Below are positions 8,091-17,738 of a stretch of DNA of 64,000 nucleotides, piece after piece. The stretch is from assembly GCA_049969475.1 (NCBI GenBank), contig JBMFOU010000003.1, positions 84,256 to 148,255 of the forward strand, read 5' to 3'. Source of the stretch: Bacteroidales bacterium (GTDB lineage: Bacteria > Bacteroidota > Bacteroidia > Bacteroidales > TTA-H9). Made by a program: the position numbers and the translations under genes. The notes beneath the pieces are model-generated. The model ran no database searches. It was not told the DNA's origin and saw only the letters and a program-made list of their open reading frames with translations. How positions within the stretch are numbered: position 1 is the stretch's first letter; every line of letters starts with the position of its first letter.

Positions 8091-10835
8091 ATGAGGAAAA
8101 TCCTGCTTTTTTCCTTTTTTGGGGCTTATGCTGCGCTTTTAAAGGCCCAATTCTTTTCCTCTGGCCAGGAGTCTTGGGGTATAAGTTGGCAGCAGGTGTG
8201 TTCTCCCCATTTTCGGGTCGTATTTCCGCGGGGTAGCGATAGTTTGGCATTACATTATCTCGATGCTTTAGAAACTATGGCTCAAACATCCAGTTTTTCT
8301 CATAAAAAGCTAAACCGCAGGCTGGATGTATGGTTGCACACAAAAACCGCCCGGTCGAATGCGTGGATGGCCTGGGCCCCAGCCCGGCTCGAAGTGCTTA
8401 CCACACCCCCGCAGGATATGTATGCCCATGCATGGCCCGGACAACTCGCTGTTCACGAACTTCGACATGCTGTTCAGATAGAAAGCATCAATCATGGCAC
8501 TACCCGATGGATGAGCTATCTCTTGGGTCAGCAGGCCACTGGCCTGGCGCTTGGCTTGCACATACCCTTATGGTTGCTCGAAGGAGATGCCGTTTGGTCA
8601 GAAACCGTATTCTCCTGGGCAGGTCGCCTGCGCGACCCCTGGTTCCTGTTACCCCTCACAGCCCAATGGAAAGCCGGCCTTCTCGATTCCTACGACATGG
8701 CTTATTTCGGATCCTTCAAAAATTTCGTGCCTGACCATTACGTGCTGGGAGCAGCCCTGATAGCCTATGCTAACCATCGGTATGGCGATGATGCGCTATT
8801 CGGGATATTCTCACAGGCCGGCTCAAACTTTTTCTGGCCTGGAGCTTTCAGAAGAGGGCTTAAAAAGGCCACAGGGCTGAGGCCACAGGCTTTTTACACC
8901 CTTTGTCGCTCGGAATATGCTGCTGATACCCTGGTTACACCTTCACAATCTTATGAAAATCAAATTTATGGCGCCAGGGCAGCCGATGGGTACCTATTCC
9001 TCAGGCAAACAATAGGAAAGAATCCGGCATTTGTAAAAAGGGAAAATGGGAAAAATAGGATTTTAACAGAGGCAGGTTTTTACCTTGATACCCCCATTGA
9101 TGTAACTGCTGACTACATAGCCTTTGCCCGTAGTGTTCCCGATTTACGCTGGCAGCCCAGCGATCAAACCGAAATCGTGCTACTGGATACCCGATCAGGT
9201 GAAGAAAAGAAATTACGTTGGAGTAAAAGAGTCCTGGCCCCTGCGCTCTCGCCCGATAAGCTGAAGCTCGCTGCTACTGAATTTTTCGAAAACGGAAAAC
9301 AAACGCTCTGGATTTATAATTGGCTGAAGGATATCAGCGAAATAAAAGTGACCTATCCAGAAGCTGGATGGCTCACCTGGCCCGCTTGGATAGATAATAG
9401 CACATTGGTATTCGTCGAAACTGGAGATCGCGGTTATGCACTAGTGACTTTCCGACTCGACACAAAAAAATGGGAAAAACTGACATCCTATACCCGCCAT
9501 GCCATCCGCAGCCTGAAGGCAGTCGGCGATACCTTATACTTTGCAGGGGAATACCTTGGTAAAGGAGAAATCATGGCTTACCTATGTAGCACCCAAACCA
9601 CCTACCTGCTCACCGCCTCAGAATTGGGGGCTGATTATCCATCGTATGATAAAATCAGCGCAACCTTAACTTTCAGCGAATACACCCCCAATGGATACAA
9701 GCTCAAAAACCAGACTTTGGAGAAACTTTTATGGAAACCCGTTTCAGACTTTTGGAATTCCGCAGCCCCACTTATGACTGAGTTTCCTGTTTATGAACCC
9801 GATAAACAGGTCGAACTAAAACTTGATTCAATACGCCCTTATCGAAGCCTTGCCCATTTAATAAATATTCACAGTTACGGTCCTGTTTCAGTTTCAGCTG
9901 ATGAGGGTAGCATTAAGCCAGGATTTACCATCATGTCTCAGAATCTCTTGAATACTTTAATATTCAGAGGTGGGTATGAATATGAAACCGAAAAAAACGG
10001 AGGAAGGATTTTTTGCGAAGCCACCTATGCGGGGCTTTATCCCCTGATTCTGGCTTCAGCCCAAACCGGCTGGTACACCTATTCCAACCCCGACGGCAGC
10101 CAATTACAAGCCCGGGAGCGCGAGACCGAAATCAGAATTTTTCAACCTTTGAATTTCAGCCGCGGAAGATATTACCGGAACCTGGCCCTGCAGGTAGGAT
10201 TTGTTGGTCAGAACTATCGCTGGAGCAAAGATGAGCCAGGCAATAATACTCAGGAAACTACTCTTTACAGAGTAGACTATGCTTTGGCTGCCAGCCTGAG
10301 TAAAATCACACCTCAGCAAAATATGTTTCCTCGACCGGGTGTAAGTTTTAGAGGGTTTATCAGAACAACTCCCCTAAAAAACTACAACCGAGGGCAGCAA
10401 TATGCCACAGAGACCCATGTATACCTACCAGGAATTCTGGCCCACGATGGTTTCAGATTTTACCTGGGTTGGGAAAAATTTAACAGGCAAACCTTTGCTT
10501 CACAAATCATCCGTACTCCCCGGGGCTACAATACACAAACACCCCGGCCCCAAATCGACCTTGTTTCGATGGGAGCAACCTGGCGAACCCCTTTATTTTA
10601 CCCAGAAAAAGGCCTACCAGGAGCTCTGTATGTAAAACGCATTTATGGAGGATTGTTTTACGATCGAATGACTGGTCAGGCTCCCCTCTGGCAGTCGGCA
10701 GGAGTGGAGCTTTTTGCGGATGCTCATATTTTTAGGCTTCCTGCCCCCGCCAATTTTGGCCTTAGAGGAGTTTACCGGTTCACCGACCGAAAGGTCGTAT
10801 GGGAGGGCTTTGGAAGTGTGTCTTTTAATTTTTGA
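8091..10835 (+). CDS. Secreted 914-aa protein: N-terminal HExxH module, PD40/TolB-like repeats, C-terminal Omp85-like beta-barrel (function unknown)
   Basis: Signal peptide MRKILLFSFFGAYAALLKAQ. HELRH at residues 122-126 (nt 8454-8468) with a downstream LLEGDAVWSE. PD40-like segment LAPALSPDKLKLAATEFFENGKQTLWIYN. The last ~300 aa are rich in alternating aromatic/polar strands, include IYGGLFYDRMTG (resembles the Omp85 late-strand motif) and end in ...VSFNF. Confidence 0.8.
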   Translation: MRKILLFSFFGAYAALLKAQFFSSGQESWGISWQQVCSPHFRVVFPRGSDSLALHYLDALETMAQTSSFSHKKLNRRLDVWLHTKTARSNAWMAWAPARLEVLTTPPQDMYAHAWPGQLAVHELRHAVQIESINHGTTRWMSYLLGQQATGLALGLHIPLWLLEGDAVWSETVFSWAGRLRDPWFLLPLTAQWKAGLLDSYDMAYFGSFKNFVPDHYVLGAALIAYANHRYGDDALFGIFSQAGSNFFWPGAFRRGLKKATGLRPQAFYTLCRSEYAADTLVTPSQSYENQIYGARAADGYLFLRQTIGKNPAFVKRENGKNRILTEAGFYLDTPIDVTADYIAFARSVPDLRWQPSDQTEIVLLDTRSGEEKKLRWSKRVLAPALSPDKLKLAATEFFENGKQTLWIYNWLKDISEIKVTYPEAGWLTWPAWIDNSTLVFVETGDRGYALVTFRLDTKKWEKLTSYTRHAIRSLKAVGDTLYFAGEYLGKGEIMAYLCSTQTTYLLTASELGADYPSYDKISATLTFSEYTPNGYKLKNQTLEKLLWKPVSDFWNSAAPLMTEFPVYEPDKQVELKLDSIRPYRSLAHLINIHSYGPVSVSADEGSIKPGFTIMSQNLLNTLIFRGGYEYETEKNGGRIFCEATYAGLYPLILASAQTGWYTYSNPDGSQLQARERETEIRIFQPLNFSRGRYYRNLALQVGFVGQNYRWSKDEPGNNTQETTLYRVDYALAASLSKITPQQNMFPRPGVSFRGFIRTTPLKNYNRGQQYATETHVYLPGILAHDGFRFYLGWEKFNRQTFASQIIRTPRGYNTQTPRPQIDLVSMGATWRTPLFYPEKGLPGALYVKRIYGGLFYDRMTGQAPLWQSAGVELFADAHIFRLPAPANFGLRGVYRFTDRKVVWEGFGSVSFNF

Positions 10836-10913
10836 AAAATTAAAATATTTTTTTCACAACGATACAACTTTCCATAAATCATAGTGGTCAGTTAAACATA
10901 GGATAGCAACCCA

Positions 10914-11459
10914 ATGACGGAAGAAAGGCTCATCAAAGGCAGTCTGGAAGGCAATGCCCGTGTACAGAAGCAACTCTACGATCGCTATTCGCCTGCTATG
11001 TATGGTATTTGCCTTCGATACGCCGGAGACCCTGACGAAGCAGCCGACATTCTTCAGGAAGGTTTCATCAAAGTCTTTACGCGTCTGGGCGACTATCGCT
11101 ACGAAGGTTCTTTCGAAGGCTGGATCAGGAGAATCATCATTAACACCGCAATCAACCATTTGATGAGGCAAAAAAAATATCAATATCATGACGACCTTGA
11201 GGCTGTTGAGCGGGATATTATGCCCGACCCTTCTGTACTCGACAGGATGCAGCACCGCGATCTCATACGTCTTGTTCAACTCTTGCCTCCAGGTTACCGA
11301 ATGGTTTTTAACCTCTATGAAATCGAAGGCTATTCACATAAAGAAATTGCGGAAATGATGGGTATTTCGGTGAATACCTCCAAAACTCAGCTCCTGCATG
11401 CCCGTCGCTACCTTCAACGTAAAATTTTAGAAACTGAAAAAACTGTCAGCATAAAATGA
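10914..11459 (+). CDS. ECF-type RNA polymerase sigma factor (sigma-70 group 4)
   Basis: 181 aa. Region 2 reads DEAADILQEGFIKVF...WIRRIIINTAIN and region 4 reads PPGYRMVFNLYEIEGYSHKEIAEMMGISVNTSKTQLLHARRYL. Confidence 0.9.
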   Translation: MTEERLIKGSLEGNARVQKQLYDRYSPAMYGICLRYAGDPDEAADILQEGFIKVFTRLGDYRYEGSFEGWIRRIIINTAINHLMRQKKYQYHDDLEAVERDIMPDPSVLDRMQHRDLIRLVQLLPPGYRMVFNLYEIEGYSHKEIAEMMGISVNTSKTQLLHARRYLQRKILETEKTVSIK

Positions 11460-12556
11460 CCCCTGATTTTGACATTGGAAAATATTTTAAGGAGCGCATT
11501 GGCCATTATGCCGAAACACCTCCTGCCGGGGTATGGGATAAAATAACTACTCAGTTGCCCAACGCCCATACACCCAAGACCGGTTCTACCCAGAACTTGC
11601 GGTTTTACTATTATGCAGCCGGATTGCTCGTGGTGGGACTTATTGCTTTTCTTTTCTTTCTACCCCAATCCCAGCAACACACAGAAAAAAAGGCCGTTAC
11701 CACCCAGGTAGCCTCGCAAAATAGGACCGTTGAAAAGCCAACTTCCCTTTTAAGCGAAAAAAATAAGCCCACCGAGATTCCCTCCAATTCTAATCCTCAG
11801 AAATCCAAACAAGGTCAATCTCACCTACGGGAAGCATATCCCTCAGTCCCGAACCCCTTAGTGCAGACAACTACTATGGCTCATCAGGAAGGGAAAACCA
11901 TACCTGTGTCAACTCCCAGTCAGCAAAAATACCTTGAGCCTGCCATCCTGGCTGCGAACCAAAACACCCAACCTTCCACCTCTCAACCAAATGTAACTGC
12001 TTCTACTACTGAAGATAATTCACCCGATGATACCCTGAGCGCCTATACAGAAATTTCTCCAACGATCGACGAAAATAATTTATCCACAGAACAAATCCTA
12101 ACCGCCTGTAAGGGTGAGGAGCTTACGCTTAGCGCGGGCGAAGGCAGCGGACACCACTGGAATACAGGACAGAGCGGACAAACCATAACTTACACTCCCT
12201 TCGAAGACACCCGCCTGGTAGTGGAATACACCGACCTGAAAGGCAGAAAAGTATCCAGCACTTTCAATATCACACTGCTTAACTGTTCCGTCTTCGTACC
12301 CAAGGCATTCTCGCCCAACGACGACGGACACAACGATTTTTATCGGGTAAAAGCAGAGGGCATAAACAACTTTGAAATGAAGATATTCTCCAAATGGGGC
12401 GAACTGGTTTTCCAGACCCGCGACCCCGAAGCAGGATGGGATGGAAAACAAAAAGGAAACCCCGCCCCAGCCGGGGTGTATATTTACCAGATAAACTACA
12501 CTGATCCCAATAATCAAACACGGGCCATCTTCGGTACACTCACATTATTACGTTAG
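11456..12556 (+). CDS. Single-pass membrane protein (anti-sigma-like position) ending in a T9SS type-B (gliding-motility-associated) sorting domain
   Basis: ATGA start/stop overlap with the ECF sigma gene. It has a 49-aa N-terminus, a TM helix at residues ~50-70 (YYYAAGLLVVGLIAFLFFLP) and an S/T/P/Q-rich linker. The terminal ~88 aa (nt 12290-12553), VFVPKAFSPNDDGHNDFY...IFSKWGELVF...GWDGK...PAGVYIYQI...GTLTLLR, match the type-B CTD consensus. Confidence 0.85.
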   Translation: MTPDFDIGKYFKERIGHYAETPPAGVWDKITTQLPNAHTPKTGSTQNLRFYYYAAGLLVVGLIAFLFFLPQSQQHTEKKAVTTQVASQNRTVEKPTSLLSEKNKPTEIPSNSNPQKSKQGQSHLREAYPSVPNPLVQTTTMAHQEGKTIPVSTPSQQKYLEPAILAANQNTQPSTSQPNVTASTTEDNSPDDTLSAYTEISPTIDENNLSTEQILTACKGEELTLSAGEGSGHHWNTGQSGQTITYTPFEDTRLVVEYTDLKGRKVSSTFNITLLNCSVFVPKAFSPNDDGHNDFYRVKAEGINNFEMKIFSKWGELVFQTRDPEAGWDGKQKGNPAPAGVYIYQINYTDPNNQTRAIFGTLTLLR

Positions 12557-12590
12557 CCCGTCATTTTATTCTGCTATCCACTGAGATCAG

Positions 12591-12628
12591 AAAAGGCTGC
12601 CCGCAGGGATGCGATCAGCCTTTTATTC
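12591..12628. terminator. Hairpin between convergent genes (possible bidirectional terminator)
   Basis: AAAAGGCTG (12591-12599) pairs with CAGCCTTTT (12616-12624). The A-run/T-run flanks give a U-tract on either strand. Confidence 0.6.
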
Positions 12629-12637
12629 GTTTAAAAT

Positions 12638-15600
12638 TTAGTGAGTGAGCTTTCTTATCAGTTCATTTAGATCCGTCAGCCTTAAAGGTTTGGCAAAGTA
12701 GAGGTCGGCTCCAGCCTCCATCGCTTCGGTGCGATCTTTTTCAAGGGCATAAGCTGTAACTATGGCTATTCTTGCCATTGCATTGATTTCTTTAAATTTT
12801 CGGGTGAGGGTATATCCATCAATATCAGGAAGTTTTACATCCATAATAACCCAATCGAAATCCGAATGATCGGTAAATAAATTCAATGCGTCAACCCCAT
12901 TGTTTTTGCAAACTACCTGAAAACCTTTAGATTCGAAAAAAAACTTTAAATAATCCTGATTCATTTGATCATCTTCAACAATCAATACCCTATTCACTGC
13001 TTTTGGGGTCGTGATCTCCACGATACCTTGATTATCAGTCGTTTTAGGAGTTTCAATAGATCTGATAGGGAGGAGTAGTTCGAAAATACTGCCCTCCCCT
13101 GGTTGGCTGTCTACAACTATTTCTCCCCCCAATTTCTTGCATAATGTTTTTACTAAGGCGAGACCCAGGCCCGCCCCCTCAAATCCGCGATTAATACGCA
13201 TATCGACCTGATAAAATTTGTCGAAAATTTTTTCCTTTTGTTCAGGGGATATGCCTACTCCGGTGTCCTCAACTATAAATGATAGTTTCCCATCCTGTAC
13301 TTTAAAGTCAATGCTTACATAACCTTTATGAGTAAATTTAATAGCATTGGATATCAAATTCCATAAAATACGCCGCAGTTTTTCATAATCTGTATCAATG
13401 ATGATATCAGGCTGCAATTTAAAATTAGCTTTGAGTTCAATCCTTTTGCTATTTGCGGGTTTAGTAAATTCATCCATTAGGGCTGAAAGTAATTCGTGTA
13501 CGCTTAAATGGGAAATCTCTAATTCGATATCCTGGGTTTCATAAGTAGTCAGATCGAGCAAGTCGGAAATGAGATGGAGAAGGCGAACACCACTTTGGTA
13601 AATATCTTCTGCATACTTCTTCATCAGGTGAGGTTCTACATGCCCTTCCATCATTAAGCTGCTGAACCCCATAATTCCGTTGAGGGGGGTGCGCAATTCA
13701 TGCGACATATTCTGTAATAGCCGTTCCTTAAATAAATCGCTCTCCTTCAGTTTATCGTATGCTTCCTGCAATTTGAGCTGTTGTTGTTTGCGGAAAATAA
13801 CCATTCCAAGAATCTTGGCTATGGCATCCAAGAGCTTCAAATCGTCCGCCGCAAATTTGTTTTCATCCTGGTAATCCTGAACTACTATTACCCCCAGTTT
13901 CTGATTTTCCAGCTGCAAAACACTACCCATCCAAACAGCAGAAGGAGTACCTATCCATTCAATTTCACCCCTTTGGAAAAGCTCTAATATTTCATTCTTC
14001 CTAAGCATTAGCGAATTTCCCTGATGTAAGAGATATCCTGACAAACTCCCCTTCACTGGCCAGGATGTTATACTATCCTTTTCATCCAAAGAATCGAGCT
14101 CGGTAAATTTCTGATTATCTAAATCAACAAGGGCAATGAAAACATTCCCGATTTTAAAATATTCAGCTATCCGACGTATGGCATAAGAACTAAATTCTTT
14201 CAGGCCTTCGAGGCGTGTGGCGGCCTCCAAAATCGCGTATTGCAAAATATGCATGGACTCCAACCGTTTTTCCTGAGTTACATCGCGGGCTGAGCCTACC
14301 ACAGCAATCATATTGCCGTTTTCATCGAAAAGCGGGGTTTTAATAACATCTAAAAACAGGAATTTTCCTTTGACATTCCCAAATTCGTCGAAGCGACCAG
14401 GCCTTCTTGTATCCAGGACTACCTGATCGCTATCCTGGCAAACTTCACCAAAAGTATGGTACTTAGGATTTTCAGGATGCGAAATCCTCTCACGTTCTTC
14501 AAAGTAGAGGTCGGTTTTCCCGAGGGGTTCTTCTATATCACGGGCATTTAATAGTTTCTCACAAATGGCTCTATTTACAAAAATAAATCTTTTATCCGTG
14601 TCTTTAGCCCAAAGCATGTCCTCCATGTCATCGACAATACTGCGAAACAACTCCTGTAAATGTTTGTATTTCTGTTCACTCTCCTTAAGTTGACTAAATA
14701 GTGCGTTGTGATTTATAATATTTTTTAGAAGCCTTGAGAACAGACGAAGCATATCCTTTTCATAATCTTGCCATTGGGCTAGAGTGTTCGTTCGAGCAAA
14801 ACCTACAAGGCCCAAGTTCCCCTCATCCCCAGGTATTGAGACTAATATTAGGGTGTGCACCTGCTGCCTTGTAAGAAATAATTGAATGGGTTCCTCAGTA
14901 TTCACATCCTTGTATAGCTCAAGGATTTTCTCTTCTACAGGGGATTTCAAATGCTTTTTATGGAAATTTTTAGAAATTTGAATTGCAAAACTCTGCAAAA
15001 CATCATTATTACCCCCAAAATTATATTTTAATAATTTCTCAGAAAGTTCTTTCACAAAAGGCGAAAAGTGAATGAAAGCCCAATCAGCATTTAGATCGGT
15101 GGCAATATCCTGCAACATGCGTAATAAACCTACCTCCAAGTTTCCAGGATCAACATGCACATATTCCAATGCCATGCGGAAAATCTTATCCTGAATATTA
15201 AAAGCGCGTTGAGCTTTGGCTTCGGCAAGTTTTAGAGGAGTAATATCGCGCACAATAGCCATAACCTCCCTTTTCGCGACATAAATGTAACGTGTCTCAA
15301 AATATCTTTCCTCCCCATTGAGATTGAGGGTATACTCATCGCTTGCTATTTCTTGATTTTGAATAACTTTTTTAACATTTCTTTTGGTCAGCTCGGCAAT
15401 ATCGGGAGGAAGGACTTCTTCTACCCGTTTGCCAAGGAAAATCTCTGGAGGCAAATAAAGATCTTTTTTGTTTCCTGTATACACATCGATAAACTTACAT
15501 TCCTCATCAAAAACAAAAAAATAATCGTACAGCAGACTGAGCAAAGAGTTCCAGCGACTTGATAGGATTCCTGTTTCTGTGTCATGCCGTTCGCTACTCA

Positions 15601-15949
15601 ACTGAAGAATGCTAGCGACAAAGGTTTTGTCATCTATGGGCCAAATACTAAGCAAATATTCTTTAAACTCTCTAAGATTAAAAAATTGACGTGTAATACT
15701 TTGATGCTGATCAAGTTGATAGATTATCTCTTGGGTTTTGGCCGATTCTCCCGTAAGATAAATAAGCAACTCGCTAACCGACATATCTAAGTTTTCAAGC
15801 GAAAAAATATTTAACCAGGCTGAATTATGATAAACTGGGCGGGCTGAAGCAAGACTTTCTCCGACTTTTTTAAAAACAGCCATGGGAATGGGTGAATGAC
15901 TGTAAATACGCTGAATTGAATCAATTTCTTCCATAAACGGCAACTTCAA
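12638..15949 (-). CDS. Hybrid sensor histidine kinase / response regulator with multiple PAS/GAF-like sensor modules
   Basis: 1103 aa. H-box SHELRTPLNGI, N-box NLISNAIKFT, G-boxes DTGVGI and GAGLGLAL, and a C-terminal receiver (VLIVEDD...VIMDVKLPDIDG...KPL). Confidence 0.9.
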   Translation of the reverse strand: MKLPFMEEIDSIQRIYSHSPIPMAVFKKVGESLASARPVYHNSAWLNIFSLENLDMSVSELLIYLTGESAKTQEIIYQLDQHQSITRQFFNLREFKEYLLSIWPIDDKTFVASILQLSSERHDTETGILSSRWNSLLSLLYDYFFVFDEECKFIDVYTGNKKDLYLPPEIFLGKRVEEVLPPDIAELTKRNVKKVIQNQEIASDEYTLNLNGEERYFETRYIYVAKREVMAIVRDITPLKLAEAKAQRAFNIQDKIFRMALEYVHVDPGNLEVGLLRMLQDIATDLNADWAFIHFSPFVKELSEKLLKYNFGGNNDVLQSFAIQISKNFHKKHLKSPVEEKILELYKDVNTEEPIQLFLTRQQVHTLILVSIPGDEGNLGLVGFARTNTLAQWQDYEKDMLRLFSRLLKNIINHNALFSQLKESEQKYKHLQELFRSIVDDMEDMLWAKDTDKRFIFVNRAICEKLLNARDIEEPLGKTDLYFEERERISHPENPKYHTFGEVCQDSDQVVLDTRRPGRFDEFGNVKGKFLFLDVIKTPLFDENGNMIAVVGSARDVTQEKRLESMHILQYAILEAATRLEGLKEFSSYAIRRIAEYFKIGNVFIALVDLDNQKFTELDSLDEKDSITSWPVKGSLSGYLLHQGNSLMLRKNEILELFQRGEIEWIGTPSAVWMGSVLQLENQKLGVIVVQDYQDENKFAADDLKLLDAIAKILGMVIFRKQQQLKLQEAYDKLKESDLFKERLLQNMSHELRTPLNGIMGFSSLMMEGHVEPHLMKKYAEDIYQSGVRLLHLISDLLDLTTYETQDIELEISHLSVHELLSALMDEFTKPANSKRIELKANFKLQPDIIIDTDYEKLRRILWNLISNAIKFTHKGYVSIDFKVQDGKLSFIVEDTGVGISPEQKEKIFDKFYQVDMRINRGFEGAGLGLALVKTLCKKLGGEIVVDSQPGEGSIFELLLPIRSIETPKTTDNQGIVEITTPKAVNRVLIVEDDQMNQDYLKFFFESKGFQVVCKNNGVDALNLFTDHSDFDWVIMDVKLPDIDGYTLTRKFKEINAMARIAIVTAYALEKDRTEAMEAGADLYFAKPLRLTDLNELIRKLTH

Positions 15950-15984
15950 GGAGTCAACAAAATTAAAATTAAAGCAAAAACAAA

Positions 15985-16458
15985 TCAGAGCAGAGCCCAG
16001 ATAAAATATCCCAAGGCAGCCAGGGCATAGATTATTTTGGCAGCTATGCCGCTGATAAATCCCAGAAAAGCACCCAATCCCGATTTCATGGCTTCCTGCA
16101 TAGACTTACCCACCAGCATTTCTCCCACAAAAGCACCCAGTAAGGGTCCCAATATTATTCCAAAGGGCCCCCAAAAGATGCCGACTACCAGACCTACAGC
16201 AGCCCCATTTACCCCGGCTTTACTTCCTCCCAGGCGGGCTGTTGTCCAGATGGGAAGATAGTAATCGAGCAGGGTGAGAAGCAATGCCATGATGCCCCAG
16301 CCCATAATCGTTGAATCATTAATGGCTGGATGGTGAAGGAAACGAAGCCCAAGAAGGCCCAGGAAGGATAGCGGTGGACCAGGTAAAACAGGTAAAACGC
16401 TTCCCACCAGACCTCCCAGGAGCAGCACAATGCCAACCCCAATGATAAAAGTATCCAT
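15985..16458 (-). CDS. DUF456-family small membrane protein
   Basis: MDTFIIGVGIVLLLGGLVGSVLPVLPGPPLSFLG is a typical DUF456 N-terminus. I chose the ATG at 16458; the longer ORF (to 16503, TTG/ATG) would overlap the divergent lolE-like start. Confidence 0.75.
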   Translation of the reverse strand: MDTFIIGVGIVLLLGGLVGSVLPVLPGPPLSFLGLLGLRFLHHPAINDSTIMGWGIMALLLTLLDYYLPIWTTARLGGSKAGVNGAAVGLVVGIFWGPFGIILGPLLGAFVGEMLVGKSMQEAMKSGLGAFLGFISGIAAKIIYALAALGYFIWALL

Positions 16459-16493
16459 TCGTAATTCTTTTAGGCTTTTCAAATTTAATACTT

Positions 16494-17738
16494 TTGCCAT
16501 CAAAAAGGCGCGTATTGTTTGAGAAAATACTGGTCAGGCATATTTTGAAAGGTAGTGGCCCACAAATGGCCAGGCCTTCAGTACGTATTGCCATTGCCAG
16601 TGTGGCTATAGGGGTAGCCGTGATGATATCATCCATAGCTATCCTACAGGGATTTAAACACGAAATCAGGAGTCGCATTGCCGGGTTTGCAGCCCACATA
16701 AGGGTAAGCACTTTCAGCGACAACACCTCGGCCGAACCCTCTCCTTTTACAGCCGATAGCCTACTGATCGACAATATCTATAAAGTGCACGGGGTTAAAC
16801 ACGTTCAGAAGGTAGCATACAAAACCAGTCTGCTACGAACCCGTGACCAGATCCAGGGGCTGGTTTTAAAAGGAGGAGGCAGCGACTTCGATACCTCTTT
16901 TTTAAAAGAAAACCTTACCACAGGCAGGCTCCCCAACTTCTCTGATACAGCCAATTCCTATGAGCTCCTGATTTCAAAGAAAATAGCCCAGCTCTTACAG
17001 GTAAAAACGGGGGATAAAGTAACCCTTTTTTTCATGGGGCAAGGAGAAAACACGCCAAGGGCTCGAAGATTCGCCATCACAGGTATTTACGACACCGGGC
17101 TTGAGGACTTCGACCAGACCATGGCCTTCTGCAACATCCGGCACCTGCGCCGCATCAACGACTGGAAGCCCGACGAGGTGGGTTTGCTCGAAATATATCT
17201 TGACCGGGAAGACCGAATGGATGAGATCTCCCAGAAATTATACCAACTCTTACCTTCTCAACTCAATGTAAGCAGCATGCGCGAAAACTATCCTCAGATT
17301 TTCGATTGGCTGCAGCTGCAGGATGTAAACGTGGTTGTCATTCTGGTGCTAATGATCCTCGTATCGGTGATGGCCATGAGCAGTGCCCTGGTAATATTGA
17401 TTGTTGAAAAAACCAGGAGTATAGGAATACTGAAAGCGCTAGGTGCACATGATTCCCACCTCCGGAGAGCTTTTCTTCTGGCATCAACCAATATTGCAGG
17501 TAAAGGACTTTTGTGGGGAAACCTTGTAGGGCTTGTATTGATGGGCCTGCAGGCTCATTTTCATCTGGTGCCTTTACCCCGCGATTCCTACTATATGGAC
17601 TACGTACCCGTTTTGATTCAGGTGACTCCACTGGTGCTCATCAATGTGGGAACCCTTGTACTTTGCGTAGTCTCCATGCTCCTTCCTACCCGAATTATCA
17701 CCCGAATCACTCCTTTGAAAGCTATAAGATTTAGATAA
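16494..17738 (+). CDS. LolC/LolE-type (FtsX-like) ABC transporter permease
   Basis: 414 aa with an N-terminal TM, a large periplasmic loop and C-terminal FtsX-type TM helices (GILKALGA motif). The start is a TTG at 16494; a TTG at 16515 is an alternative. Confidence 0.85.
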   Translation: MPSKRRVLFEKILVRHILKGSGPQMARPSVRIAIASVAIGVAVMISSIAILQGFKHEIRSRIAGFAAHIRVSTFSDNTSAEPSPFTADSLLIDNIYKVHGVKHVQKVAYKTSLLRTRDQIQGLVLKGGGSDFDTSFLKENLTTGRLPNFSDTANSYELLISKKIAQLLQVKTGDKVTLFFMGQGENTPRARRFAITGIYDTGLEDFDQTMAFCNIRHLRRINDWKPDEVGLLEIYLDREDRMDEISQKLYQLLPSQLNVSSMRENYPQIFDWLQLQDVNVVVILVLMILVSVMAMSSALVILIVEKTRSIGILKALGAHDSHLRRAFLLASTNIAGKGLLWGNLVGLVLMGLQAHFHLVPLPRDSYYMDYVPVLIQVTPLVLINVGTLVLCVVSMLLPTRIITRITPLKAIRFR

